A stretch of 64,000 bases of DNA. It comes from Chiloscyllium plagiosum. Its lineage: Eukaryota. The DNA lies in the NCBI RefSeq assembly GCF_004010195.1, contig NC_057718.1:92350765-92414764 (forward strand). The letters run 5' to 3'. Both the position numbers and the translations under genes were made by a program. Position 1 is the stretch's first letter, and every line of letters starts with the position of its first letter. Under the pieces are notes generated by a model. The model saw only the letters and a program-made list of their open reading frames with translations. It was not told the DNA's origin and made no database searches. Positions 52,929 through 64,000 of the stretch are shown here, in pieces.

Positions 52929-54639
52929 CACGTCTTTGACGACCAGCACTGTGGCAATTCTTCCAACACTTAACTGTGAAGAGTAGCTTCTGGCTGATGA
53001 GACTTGACCTGGTGCATCACTGCATTTTTAATATGACGCCACGAGTCCCGTGAGGTCCCAGCAGTTGCACGTTGGTGAGCACATGACAATGTAAGTGAGG
53101 TGACTTAAAGATGCAGTGCATTAATAATGAGGCAAGATGCGGCAAATTGTGTAACTCCCTAGAGGTCATAGAGAGAAATGCTCTGCAGAACTCCTGAAAT
53201 TAATACCCAACCAGTTTTTGACACATTCAGTCAGTGGGCTGAATTTTACCAATGTCTCCTCTATGAAATCTGAAAAAATAATCAAGGAATGGATTGAGAT
53301 ATTCACTTTGCTGAATAGAGTTCCATAGTTATGCAGTAAATTTTGTTTTTTTTAGATTATGTTCAAGACATCACACTGTAATTGTACTTGTTCATTCTTG
53401 AGTTCTCCAAGAATTGTATTTTGCAATTATTTAATTGAATAATCCATATAAGAGACACATTGCTGAAGATGTATTTTGGCTCTTGAGACTATTCCTGTAT
53501 TTTCTTGATTTGAATTGTATAACCTTTTTATGCTGTGATATAATCCTCTGGTCTTTACATAAGCTAATTATTTCTGTTGAAATATTTTAAATATCTGAAT
53601 GAATTATGTTAAGTTTCTGAAGGGCTAATTTTAGTTCAAGATGGGAGTGCGGCAGGTGAGGAGAAAAGTGACCAAGAAACCATTGATATTGCCAGGAGGT
53701 GTTTTGGGTGACTTTAGCCCCCATGTCTCATTTTGTCATGACTGACTGTCTGGTCATCTGGATTCTTTGAGGAATCAGCAACCTTCTGTGTTCTTGACAT
53801 AATTTCTGATGGTTCCCCAAAAACATATTGGCCCAAAAAGATTTTTTTGTAGCAATGTCCTTCGAAAGATGCGCTAAGAGGTCACTCAGAAGTTAAAGTA
53901 CACCAATTAGAATTGCATGGGAACTTTTAAATTTCCAGTGGACAAATACGCTGCTGCTGAACCTCCAGTAAAGTTTACAACTCTGAATTGGAGTCAGAGA
54001 CTTTAGTAGGTGCTGACTTACTTAGCTGGATAGCTACCCAGGAAAATTTAGAAGAATTAAAATATACTGTATCTCCTGAGTAACTATAAGTTGAACTAAC
54101 TCATCCAACCCCTCCTTTGCACCTCCCTACTTCTCTATCTACTGCCCTATTTTTTCACCTGCTTACCTATCCATCCGCCTGCTATCCTACCTCCTCATCC
54201 ACTGACCTATCATCCTACACCCTCATCCATCCACCAATCACCCTGTCCACTCACCCACCTCCCTTGCTATGTACACCCTCTCAACTGCTTACTACACATT
54301 TACTTTCTTCCTGTAGTTTGTCAACATGCCTTCTGGACCTTTAAATCCCTGCATACAATAGTTACTGTTGTAATAGGAGTGTGGTTTGGCCTCCAGTGCT
54401 GATCCTGTACTGCAATTGAAGGCTATCAAATTATACACAGTTCTTGTTTCTCCAAAGGCTCAAATTGTAAGTTCAGGCCAGAAATGTGAAGCTCAGAGCA
54501 CAGCAAGAAAATATGACTATGATTGCTAATTTCAGAAGAGTCTGATAGTTTTTCCTCTCTCTCTGCAATGTCATCTGAAAACATGGTATTAGTTTTCACA
54601 TGTTCACTGATGACTTCCAGCACTAACTCTTCATCAGTT

Positions 54640-56125
54640 CTGTTGATTTCTCCATTGTTGCTAAATTATCAGATTGCTTATCTGACATTGAGTTATGAAA
54701 TCATCCAGCAGAAATTTCCCTATTTAAGTAGTTGGAAGACTGAAGCCATACCAAACTCTGTTCCTCAGCCACTGACACCATCCCTGTCCCTAGCAACTGT
54801 CTGAAATTAAGCCAATCTGTTTGTAACCTTGATACCCATTTGACCCTGAGACAAGCTGCCAACCATGTAGACTATCATTCAGATTACCTATTTCCACGTC
54901 CATAATATTGTCCAATTTTGCCCTTTTCTCGGTCTAATTCATGCTGAAGTTCTCATTCATGTTTTCAGTAACCTCTTGCCTTGACTAATCCAACATATTT
55001 GCTGCTCTGCTACTCTAACTTGTGAAAGCTTCAGATTTATCTAAAACATTGCTACCTGTATCTTAACGCTCAACAAGTACTCGCTTATCACCCACAATGG
55101 AGGTGAAGTGGAGGTGTTCAAGAGCTTCAAGTTCCTAGGACAAGTATCACTAACAGTCGACCCTGGTCCATTCACATTGATGCTACAGATAAGAAAGCGT
55201 GCCAATGCATGTACCTCCTCAGAAGGCAAGGGAAATTTGCCGTGTCCACAATGAATCTTGCCAATTTTTATAGATGCACCACAGAAAGCATCCTATCTAG
55301 ATTCATCACAGCTTCTTATGGGAATGCGGCCCAGTCCATCACGAAAACCAGCCTTCCTTCTATTGACTCTGTCTTCACTTTCTATTGTGTCGGGAAAGTA
55401 GCCAACATCATCGAAGACTCCCCCCACTCCAGTTATACTATCTTCCACCCTCTTCTGTTGGATAGAAGTGACAAAAGTTTGAAAACATGGACCAACAGAT
55501 TTAAGAGCAGCTTCTTCCCTGCTATTATCAGACTTTCAGAACAAAACTTTCATACATTAGAGTTGATCTTTCTCTGCACATTCTCTGTAGCAATATATTT
55601 TGCATTCTGTTCTATTCCCTGATGTACTTAAGGTATGATTTTTCTGGTTAGCACACAAAACAATACTTTTCACTGTATCGCAGTTCATGTGACAATAATA
55701 AATGAAATCCAATCAGTGCTCGCTGACATGCATTGGTTCAGAGTCAAACGTCACCGTGGTTTAAAAGCTCTCATCTTCATTTATAAATCTCTCTGTACCT
55801 CAGTAATTTTTAAGTCCACAACCCTCTAAAATATCTGCAATCCTTAATCTGGCCTCTTCAGCATCCCCTTTCTTAATTGTTTAACCTTTCAGTTGTCTGG
55901 GCTCTAAGCTCTGGGATACCTTCACTACACCTCTCAACCTCTCTAACTTGCTTTACTTCTTTAAGATACTCCTTAAAAACCTACCTCACTCTTTGAGAAA
56001 GCTTTTGGTTAACAGATCTAACTACTCCTTGTGCAGTTTGGTGGCATATGTTTTATAATTCTCCCAGGGAGTTTCTTTACAAATTTTATTATATTAAAGC
56101 TGTTGTAAATATGTAAATATAAGTT
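54640..56125 (+). mobile_element. Old L2 LINE 3' portion, split by a Rex1 insertion
   Basis: KTEAI, AEVLIHVF...LD.SN, then VLADMHW after the insertion (HITPVL..LHWL-type L2 motifs). Confidence 0.6.
55090..55715 (+). mobile_element. Rex1/Babar-type LINE 3' fragment
   Basis: VEVFKSFKFLG, NFYRCTTESILS, TNRFKSSFFPAIIRL, tail gtgacaataataaa. Confidence 0.75.
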
Positions 56126-59100
56126 GCTTTTATTAAAGTATGAATGCAACTCTTAAAGTGAGACTGCATTCCCTGATTTCAGATTTTGTTCCAAAACTGG
56201 TAGGAATAATGAGTTCTAAGTTGCCCCCAGATTTTCTAATGTGTTTGGAATCATCCTCATGGAGGAGATCAACAAGGAGAGAAGAAGGGTATTCTTCCCC
56301 AGCACTTGCTGGAGTATCCCCTTAGTGACAGTGGCATCACCCTAGGACCCAGGATCAGCATACAAGAGCAGAAAGAGTGAGCACAATGCTTTCTCTCTCT
56401 CAACAAACCTGACAAGACCTCATGAATTCATTCCCTCCTCGTTCTCAACAACTCTTTCACCTCTGTTGCAACCTGGAACCTTTGAGCCATATTACACATT
56501 CATAATGTACATTTCTTCTGGTACATATCTTATGAAAAGTCTGGAGCCATGAGAATGTAGAATCAATTTAATTATAACCTCTGTTTTTCATGTAAAGAAA
56601 TGTAATTATAAATACAGAACTTCTACTCTACTGATGCACAGTATTCATTTTTGGAAGTTAATTGAGAGTGGAGGTGAAGTGCGAGTGCACAGCTGAATGT
56701 TCACTTCAGACATCTAATGTTCTTGCATTGGCCCTGCAGCTAAGAGTACCTTTCAATGAACCTGTTTTTTTGTGTTTGGAGACCATTTGTGGTTTTATTA
56801 GAATAGTAAAGTTAATTTTTTCGTGAATTTGTCATACTTAAAATGCCTTGGATGAGCTAGGAAGTTGAGTACAGGTGAACTCACATCATTACTAAAACAA
56901 TAAATACTGCACCACAGAAGTAATCATCTTTTTCTGGTCAGTTGTGACAAGTTAAAATCAATGCTTGTATTTTTGATCAGTGTTTGAAACAAAAAATGAG
57001 TTTTACTGCAAGACTGAGAGTGACCTTGTTGTTTATTAGTTGCTAAGATATTTTCCTATGAAAAAGCAAATCTCCATTCACCGTATACCAATGTTGAATA
57101 CCATTTGTAAATTACTGGAATAAATTTGGAGAAGCTAAACATCTGTGACTATTGCAAATAGTCATTATGTGTTAAATAACTCATTAGTGTTTGTTCACTG
57201 ACACAACCTAACTCTCTCATATGCACGTTTAACAAAAAAAATCAGTGGAAAATATAATTTATTCCTCTTTTCAAAATATATATTCTCATTATAATTCTCT
57301 AAGTTCTCGAACTCTGTTGTAGGACTGTCTGACCTCAGGTCATGCTTCTTTAATGCTGCATTTTGTGGCAAGTTATGCTTATGGTTTGTTCACTATAGCT
57401 GGCAACTCATTATAACATACAATATCCTTGGCTCCGAAGTCTTACTATAATGAGGGTGTAGCTGTATCTTTTGTTCATGATAGTGGTTGTGAAAATAGCT
57501 TGCTCAGTTGTGTTTAGAGAAGGTAAGTCATCCAGTTCCCCTGCTGCTGATTGCGACATGCTTACTGCTACTGAACATGCATGTATATCATTGTGGAATG
57601 AGGAAATGATCAGGCTTAATCTTGGATGTGATGTGCTGTGTAATTAGATAACCTGCTGGTATTCATTGCTGAAACTGATATATGGACAATGACCACTTGG
57701 ACAAGATATTGGAGGGTAATCAGAGTCCATGAAAAAATGCTCCAGTGAATGAAGTGACACATTCAGAAAGGGGAAATTAGGCCATTTAAAAAAAAAAAGT
57801 TCTAGGTTCTTTGCTGTCACTGTGCTAATTGTGAAACCCACATTCAGGAAAAGTACGATGTTGCTGTAAATAGAAAAAATCATTTTTATTTCACTGTTAC
57901 AAAAAAGCAAGTTGTAGTATATGTAGTTAGGTTTTTGCTTTTAATTAATTTTTTTGTTTCACAGAGCTGTCAGTATTATAATTGCAGCCATTATTATTTG
58001 TTAAAAAAATTTGAATGTTCAAAGCATATTGTGAAAGTATTCTGAACATATTCAAGAACGATGTCACAAATTGGAATTTAAATCTTGTGCAAATTTAATC
58101 AATTTTCATGCGATCAGTCTTCACCATTTTGTGTCTGCCATGTATATCAAGTCTATTATCTATATGCATTACATCTCCAGTTTCTCAGCCACATCCCCAA
58201 AAAACATCTCAAAATTATTAAATAATAAATTACGTAGACATTTTCAAACTTAGATATTAATTTAAATATCTGTTGCCTAATTCCATGATTGGTGAATTAG
58301 TTTAAAATAAAACCACTTCTACCTGATTTTGCATGTAAAAATTATTTTTCCTACTCTTAGTTGAATTTGAGATGCATATCTGTGTTAAGTTGATGATGCC
58401 ATTATACAAGTTTGCAATCACATCACTGGTATGACTTCGAGGACCACATCTTTGGTGGCAACANNNNNNNNNNNNNNNNNNNNNNNNNNNNNNNNNNNNN
58501 NNNNNNNNNNNNNNNNNNNNNNNNNNNNNNNNNNNNNNNNNNNNNNNNNNNNNNNNNNNNNNNNNNNNNNNNNNNNNNNNNNNNNNNNNNNNNNNNNNNN
58601 NNNNNNNNNNNNNNNNNNNNNNNNNNNNNNNNNNNNNNNNNNNNNNNNNNNNNNNNNNNNNNNNNNNNNNNNNNNNNNNNNNNNNNNNNNNNNNNNNNNN
58701 NNNNNNNNNNNNNNNNNNNNNNNNNNNNNNNNNNNNNNNNNNNNNNNNNNNNNNNNNNNNNNNNNNNNNNNNNNNNNNNNNNNNNNNNNNNNNNNNNNNN
58801 NNNNNNNNNNNNNNNNNNNNNNNNNNNNNNNNNNNNNNNNNNNNNNNNNNNNNNNNNNNNNNNNNNNNNNNNNNNNNNNNNNNNNNNNNNNNNNNNNNNN
58901 NNNNNNNNNNNNNNNNNNNNNNNNNNNNNNNNNNNNNNNNNNNNNNNNNNNNNNNNNNNNNNNAAGCATCCTCTGACATTAAAGTATCATTTAAAAATGA
59001 AGAAAATCTTTTTACTGTTATGTTTTATATATATAAATGAAATACTCTGGCAGGCTGTTAAACACTGAATGAAGCCTATTTGTTGCCCACGTTGAATGGC

Positions 59101-59364
59101 AAATTCTTTGTGAATCTTTGTCAGCAAACCTAATGCTGTTCATATTTGCATTTGGAGAATATTCCAGAATTGGATTGGGAGATTTATTTATTGTGGTTAA
59201 AAAAATCAAATTAATGTTTTGTATTTGATTTTATCATATTTTTGAAGTTGAAGAGAAAATATTTCTCAATTTTAGGCATAATTGTTTTTATTCAATGTGC
59301 CAACCATAAAAATAAAATCAAATTCAGTTTCCTGCAAGGTGATGTTCAATGTGTTCTTTTTCAG

Positions 59365-60019
59365 ACAGGGAATTTGTCAAGACAAAAGGATATAGATGTT
59401 GGAAAGCACATGTCAAAAGGATTATCCACCACTTGCATTATGGACCAACAAGCATCATGGACCTCAAATGGAACATGTTCAAATTTACGAGAAAAATGTC
59501 AGCAGCATGTGGAGAGCTTTACATCTTCCCAGCCATACAGGCAGGCAGCGTCAGTGACAACAACGCACAGTAAATCTGTGATGGACAACTTGAAGTCACC
59601 CATGTCAAGCAAGGGAAGCCAAGACTTCCACACTGTTTCTGACATAATAGAAAGGGAGACAGGACTCCAAACAAGTCAAGTAATGCCATTCACTCCTGTA
59701 ATCTCTTCAAGAAATGAACGACTTTGCTATGAAGGAATAGAATGTCATAGGCGTATTAGAGCAAATAGTTCAGCTGGCAGTCAGGAATTACCTATACCTG
59801 TGACTCAGTTAGAATCCATTAAGGAAGAGTTGACACAAACCATTGTACTGGATGATTTTAAGAATCGCCTGACAGGTGAAGAAAATAATCTCAAAAACAT
59901 AATTGTAAGTGAACAAGCACATGAGCGGTTTCAGAGACAATTCATGGATCAGCACCAAGATAGTGGGTGTTCAGGAGTTTCCAGCATGAACACAAAAGAA
60001 AACAGCATTTTTCATTTGG
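59365..60019 (+). CDS. KIZ: Kizuna, probable large exon 5, 655 bp, phase 0-1
   Basis: Acceptor ttctttttcag, open frame within ORF 59242-60057, donor gtaata. Begins TGNLSRQKDIDVGKHMSKGLSTTCIMDQQAS (cf. recalled KIZ INSGTAMSRGLYQPATIFMGRQMS), then Ser-rich low-conservation sequence. The 3' boundary is less certain. Confidence 0.75.
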
Positions 60020-60083
60020 GTAATACTTTGTCATTTTTGATTAAAGTACACTGCTGATTTACTAATCTTTCAGGTGGATATTA

Positions 60084-60203
60084 TGATTTGGAGATGCCGG
60101 TGTTGGGCTGGGGTGTACAAAGTTAAAAATCACACAACACCAGGTTATACTCCAACAGGTTTAATTCGAAGCACACTAGCTTTCGGAGCGACGCTCCTTC
60201 ATA
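60084..60203 (-). mobile_element. PLE-terminus mini-insertion with hammerhead (third family)
   Basis: 12-bp TSD aggtggatatta at 60072-60083 and 60204-60215. Minus strand reads cuuAUGA-a-ggagc(guc)gcucc-GAAA-gcua. Confidence 0.75.
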
Positions 60204-60559
60204 AGGTGGATATTAGGATTTATTTAAATATTACAAAAACTGAAGTTCTTATTTGAATCAGAATATTACTTTTAATGATAAGAATTAATGCAAAATGACT
60301 CATCTTGTATCTTGAATGTAGAATTTTGTTTCCCAGAGTTGTTTAGTATTGCCATCTAAAATGTCTGTGATCCTGTCTGATCTTTAAAGGACATGCTACG
60401 ACACAGAACAACCTTATGTGGATTTGAAGTCCAAAGTTGACATTTTTAAATTAAAATCATAGTGGGTTATTTAGGGGACTTGAGCTGTTATTAACTCTTA
60501 ATCATCTTGATTTAGTTGACAAGGTGTAAGATAGTATTGAGTCATTTTATTGAGTTTAT

Positions 60560-62055
60560 GTTAGCAGTGACAAGTATGTGTGATGACTCAATTTACTGAT
60601 GACACCAAAATGGGGAACAAATTAAGCAACAAAAGGCTATCAGTTAGTTAAATAAGTGGGCAGAAATTTGGCAGTTGAAGGCTAATGTGGGAAAATGTGA
60701 ACTTGTCCACATTGGCAGAAAGAGTGAAAAAGGAGCATACTATTTAAATTGTGAAATGTGATGTACAGATGGATCTGAGTGTCCTGGTATATGAGTCACA
60801 AAAAGTTAGTCTGGAAGTACAGCAAGTGTTTAGGCAGACAGATGATATGTTGGTGTTTATTGCAAGGAAAATAGAATATGAGAGTGGAAAACTTTTACTG
60901 CCACTAGCAAGCTTTGAGAAGATTTATAGCTCAGGTTGAGGTTCTGGATGTAAGTTTGCTCACTTAGATGGAAGGTTCATTTTCAGATGTTTCATCACCA
61001 TACTAGTTGACATCATCAGTGAGCCTCCGGTGAAGCAATGGTGGTATGGCCCGCATTTTATTTATGTGTTTAGGTTTCCTTGGGTTGGTGATGTTATTTC
61101 CTGTTTTTTCTCAAGACGTGGAAAATGGGATCCAAGTCAATGTGTTTGTTGATAGAGTTTCAATTAGAGTACCATGCTTCTAGGATTTCTAGCTTGTGTC
61201 TCTGTCTGGCTTTTCCTAGGATGAATGTGTTGACCCAGTCAAAGTGGTGTCCTTCCTCATTTGTATGTAAAGATACTAGTGAGAATGGGTCATGAGATCA
61301 GGAGCTGAGGTCACTAGTATCCTTACATACGGATGAGGAAGGACGTCACTTTGACTGGGACAACACATCCAACCTCGGACAAGCCAAACAGAGACACGTG
61401 CAAGAATTCCTAGAAGCATGGCAGTCCAACCAGAACTGTATCAACAAACACATTGACTTAGATCCCATTTGCCACCCCATGAGAAAAAGAACAGGAAATT
61501 ATATCACCACAGGAAATGACATCACCAACTCAAGGAATCCTAAACACACAAATAAAAAGCAGGACATACCACCAGTGCTTCACCACAGGCTCACTAATGA
61601 TGTTACTTAGTATGGTGACAAAACATCTGAAAATGAACGTTTTACTGCCACAGTACAGAGCTTTCCAGAACCCATCTCTGGAGTATAAAATCTTGCTCTC
61701 CTCATTTGAAAAAGGACATAATTGAATTTGAGTTAGTTCAGAGAAGGTTCACTGAATTCATTCATGAGGTGAAGGACTTGTCTTGTGAAGAAAGGGTGAA
61801 CAGATTACGCCTTTACCCATTAGAATTTAGAAGAATGAAAGGTGATCTTATTGAAACATTTAAGATTGTAGGGAGACTCAACAGGGTGAATTTTGTGAGG
61901 ATGTTTCCCCATGTAGGAGAGAGTAGAATGAAGAGCACAGTTTAAGAATAAAAGGTTTCATTTTGAAGATAGAAATGAGATATATTTTCTCAGAAAGTCA
62001 TTCATTAATCCGTGGAATTCCGACCCCTAGAAAACAAATAGACTGGGTCATTGAA
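60560..62055 (+). mobile_element. Old CR1 LINE RT fragment, split by a PLE insertion
   Basis: FTDDTK at ~60593 and KDIIEFELVQRRFT..LEFRRMKGDLIETFKI. The host sequence resumes after TSD ttttactgccac. Confidence 0.75.
60905..61639. mobile_element. Poseidon-type PLE as two inverted 3' arms
   Basis: 60905-~61295 is the inverted counterpart of ~61308-61639 (EFLEAWQS..INKHIDLDPI). 12-bp TSD at 60893-60904 and 61640-61651. Homologous to 2135-2633. Confidence 0.88.
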
Positions 62056-62108
62056 TTTGGGGAGGCAATGGTCTAGTGGTATTTTTGCAAGACTATTAAT
62101 CCAGAAAC

Positions 62109-62219
62109 GGAAATGTGTTGCTGGAAAAGCGCAGCAGGTCAGGCAGCATCCAGGGAACAGGAGAATCGACGTTTCGGGCATAAGCCCTTCTTCAGGAATT
62201 CGGGCATAAGCCCTTCTTC
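62109..62219 (-). mobile_element. PLE-terminus mini-insertion with intact hammerhead core
   Basis: 16-bp TSD ctattaatccagaaac at 62093-62108 and 62220-62235. Confidence 0.85.
62168..62195 (-). ncRNA. Minimal hammerhead ribozyme motif
   Basis: CUGAAGA-a-gggc(uuau)gccc-GAAA-c-GUC with a perfect stem II. Stem I is weak. Confidence 0.7.
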
Positions 62220-64000
62220 CTATTAATCCAGAAACCTGACTAACTTTCTGGGAACTGGGTTCAAATCCAACCACAGCAGGTGGTGGGATTTAAATTCAGT
62301 AAAGTATATCTGTAATTAAGAATCTATTGATGATGGCACCATTGTCAATTGTCAGAAAAATCCAACTGGCTCACTCGTGTCCTTCAGGGAAGGAGTTCAA
62401 GGAAGGAAACTGCCATCCTCACCTGGTCTGGCCTACATGTGACTCTAGAGCCTCAGCAATGGGTTTGTTTCTCAACTACCCTCTGAAATGGCCCAGGAAG
62501 CCACACAGCTGTATTGAATACTCCAAAGTCTCAACAAAGAAATGGAACGGGAATGTAGCACCTGGCATTGACCAAGGCACAGGAAAAGACAATGGCAGGA
62601 AGAGCCCTGTTGACATTGCAAAGTCCTCCTTATTAACATCTGCGGCTACTGCCAAAATTGTTAGAGCTATCTCATAGATTAGTCAAGCAACAGCTTGATA
62701 TTGTCTGTCAAATATGACTTCATGATTATGACTATGTCCTAGACACCACCATCACCATCCCCAGAGGTCCCACCAGCAGTACAGACCCATTAGATGTAGA
62801 AACACCATGGTATACAACTGGGCAGGTGTTGACCTCTGAGTCCTCAATATTGACTTCAGACCCCATGAAGTCTCATTGCTTCAAGTTAAATATAGGCAAG
62901 GAATGTCCTGCTGATTATCACATAATTGACACACAGTTTGGGTTCCACTAGGCCACTCAGCTCCTGACCTCATTACAGCATTGGTTCAAGCATGGACGGA
63001 CAAAAGGGCTGAATTCCTGAGATGAGTTGAAAGTGATATCTGTTGACATCAAGGCGACATTTGAGTTTCTCATCAAGAAAAACTGAAATTAATGGGTATT
63101 GGAGGCAAACTCTCCACTGGTTGGCGTCGTATCTGGCACAAAGAGAAGATGTTGTGGTTAATGGAGGTCAGTCATCTCAGTTCCAGGACATTGCTGCATG
63201 GGTTCCTCCGGATAATATCCTTGGCCCAATCATCTTCAACTGTTTTATCAATGGCTTTCCCTCCATGATGAGGTCTAAAGTGGGCATTTCCGCTGAAGAT
63301 TGCACAGTGTTTAGCACCATTGGCGACTGCTCAGAAGCAGTTCATGTTCAAATGCAACAAGATCTGGATGATATCCAGCTTGCGCTAACAAGTGGCAAGT
63401 AATATTTATGCCACACTAATGCCAAGCAATGACCATCTCCAATAAAAGATGATCCAACCACTGCTTCTTGGCATTCAACGGTGTTACCATCACTGCATCC
63501 CCCACTATCAATGTCCTTGGGGTTACCATTGACCAGAAACTCAACTGGACTCGCTGCAAAAACACAGTGGTTACAAGGGCAGGTCAGCGGTTAGGAATAT
63601 TCCAGCAAGTAACTCACCATCTGACTCCCAAAGCCTGACCACTGTCTGTAAGGCACAAGTCAGGAGTGTGATATAATATTACCCACTTGCCTGGATGGGT
63701 GCAGCTCCAGCACACTCAAGAACCCTGATACCATCCAGGACAAAACAGCCACTTGATTGACACCACATCCACAAGCATCCACTCTGTTCACCATCAACAC
63801 TCAGTATAAGTAGAGTGTACTATCTACAAGATGCACTGCAGAAGTTCACCACAGATCCTTAGACATCACCTTCCGATCTGGAAGGATAGGGCAGAGATAC
63901 ATGGGATTGCCACCACGTGCAATTTCCCATCCAAGCCACTCACCATCCTGACTTGGAAATATATCACTGTTCCTTCAGTGTCATTGGGTCAAATCCCAAT

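Larger units (their letters stand above)
62059..64000 (+). mobile_element. tRNA-headed LINE (AP-endonuclease and RT remnants), continues past the window end
   Basis: A box tggtctagtgg at 62069-62079 and B box ggttcaaatcc at 62258-62268. EN-like KQQLDIV, VLDTTITIP, PHEVSLLQVK; RT-like QFGF..SAPDLITALVQAW, PPDNILGPIIFNCFIN, AEDCT. Confidence 0.7.

Noticed and set aside
59242..59364. 5' part of the 271-aa ORF as an independent gene start
   Set aside because: It starts at a non-ATG codon in AT-rich intron upstream of a good acceptor; KIZ-like sequence begins only after 59364.

Overview
Eukaryotic, repeat-rich vertebrate DNA, most likely an elasmobranch (shark/ray), inferred from HE1/V-SINEs and their CR1/HER1 partner LINE. 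The window lies inside one + strand gene: four phase-compatible coding exons (7356-7418, 8589-8745, 24178-24270, 59365-60019) splice into a protein I recognise as centrosomal protein kizuna (KIZ). Its first exon and 3' exons were not found here. The introns (1.2, 15.4 and 35 kb) hold Penelope-like elements (PLEs) of two clades, CR1, L2, Rex1 and RTE LINE fragments, Tigger-like MITEs, a decayed Harbinger Myb/SANT gene and three assembly gaps. The most notable signal is a set of minimal hammerhead-ribozyme motifs (CUGAnGA-stem II-GAAA-UH) in four different PLE terminal families. Several occur as 110-215 bp, TSD-flanked, often palindromic mini-insertions whose breakpoints cluster at the ribozyme. 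Also notable are a tRNA-headed, apparently ORF1-less LINE, an 85-bp perfect duplication flanking a captured 40-bp CR1 fragment, and a possible 6-nt splice-acceptor shift in KIZ. All family assignments are by motif recognition; no searches were run.
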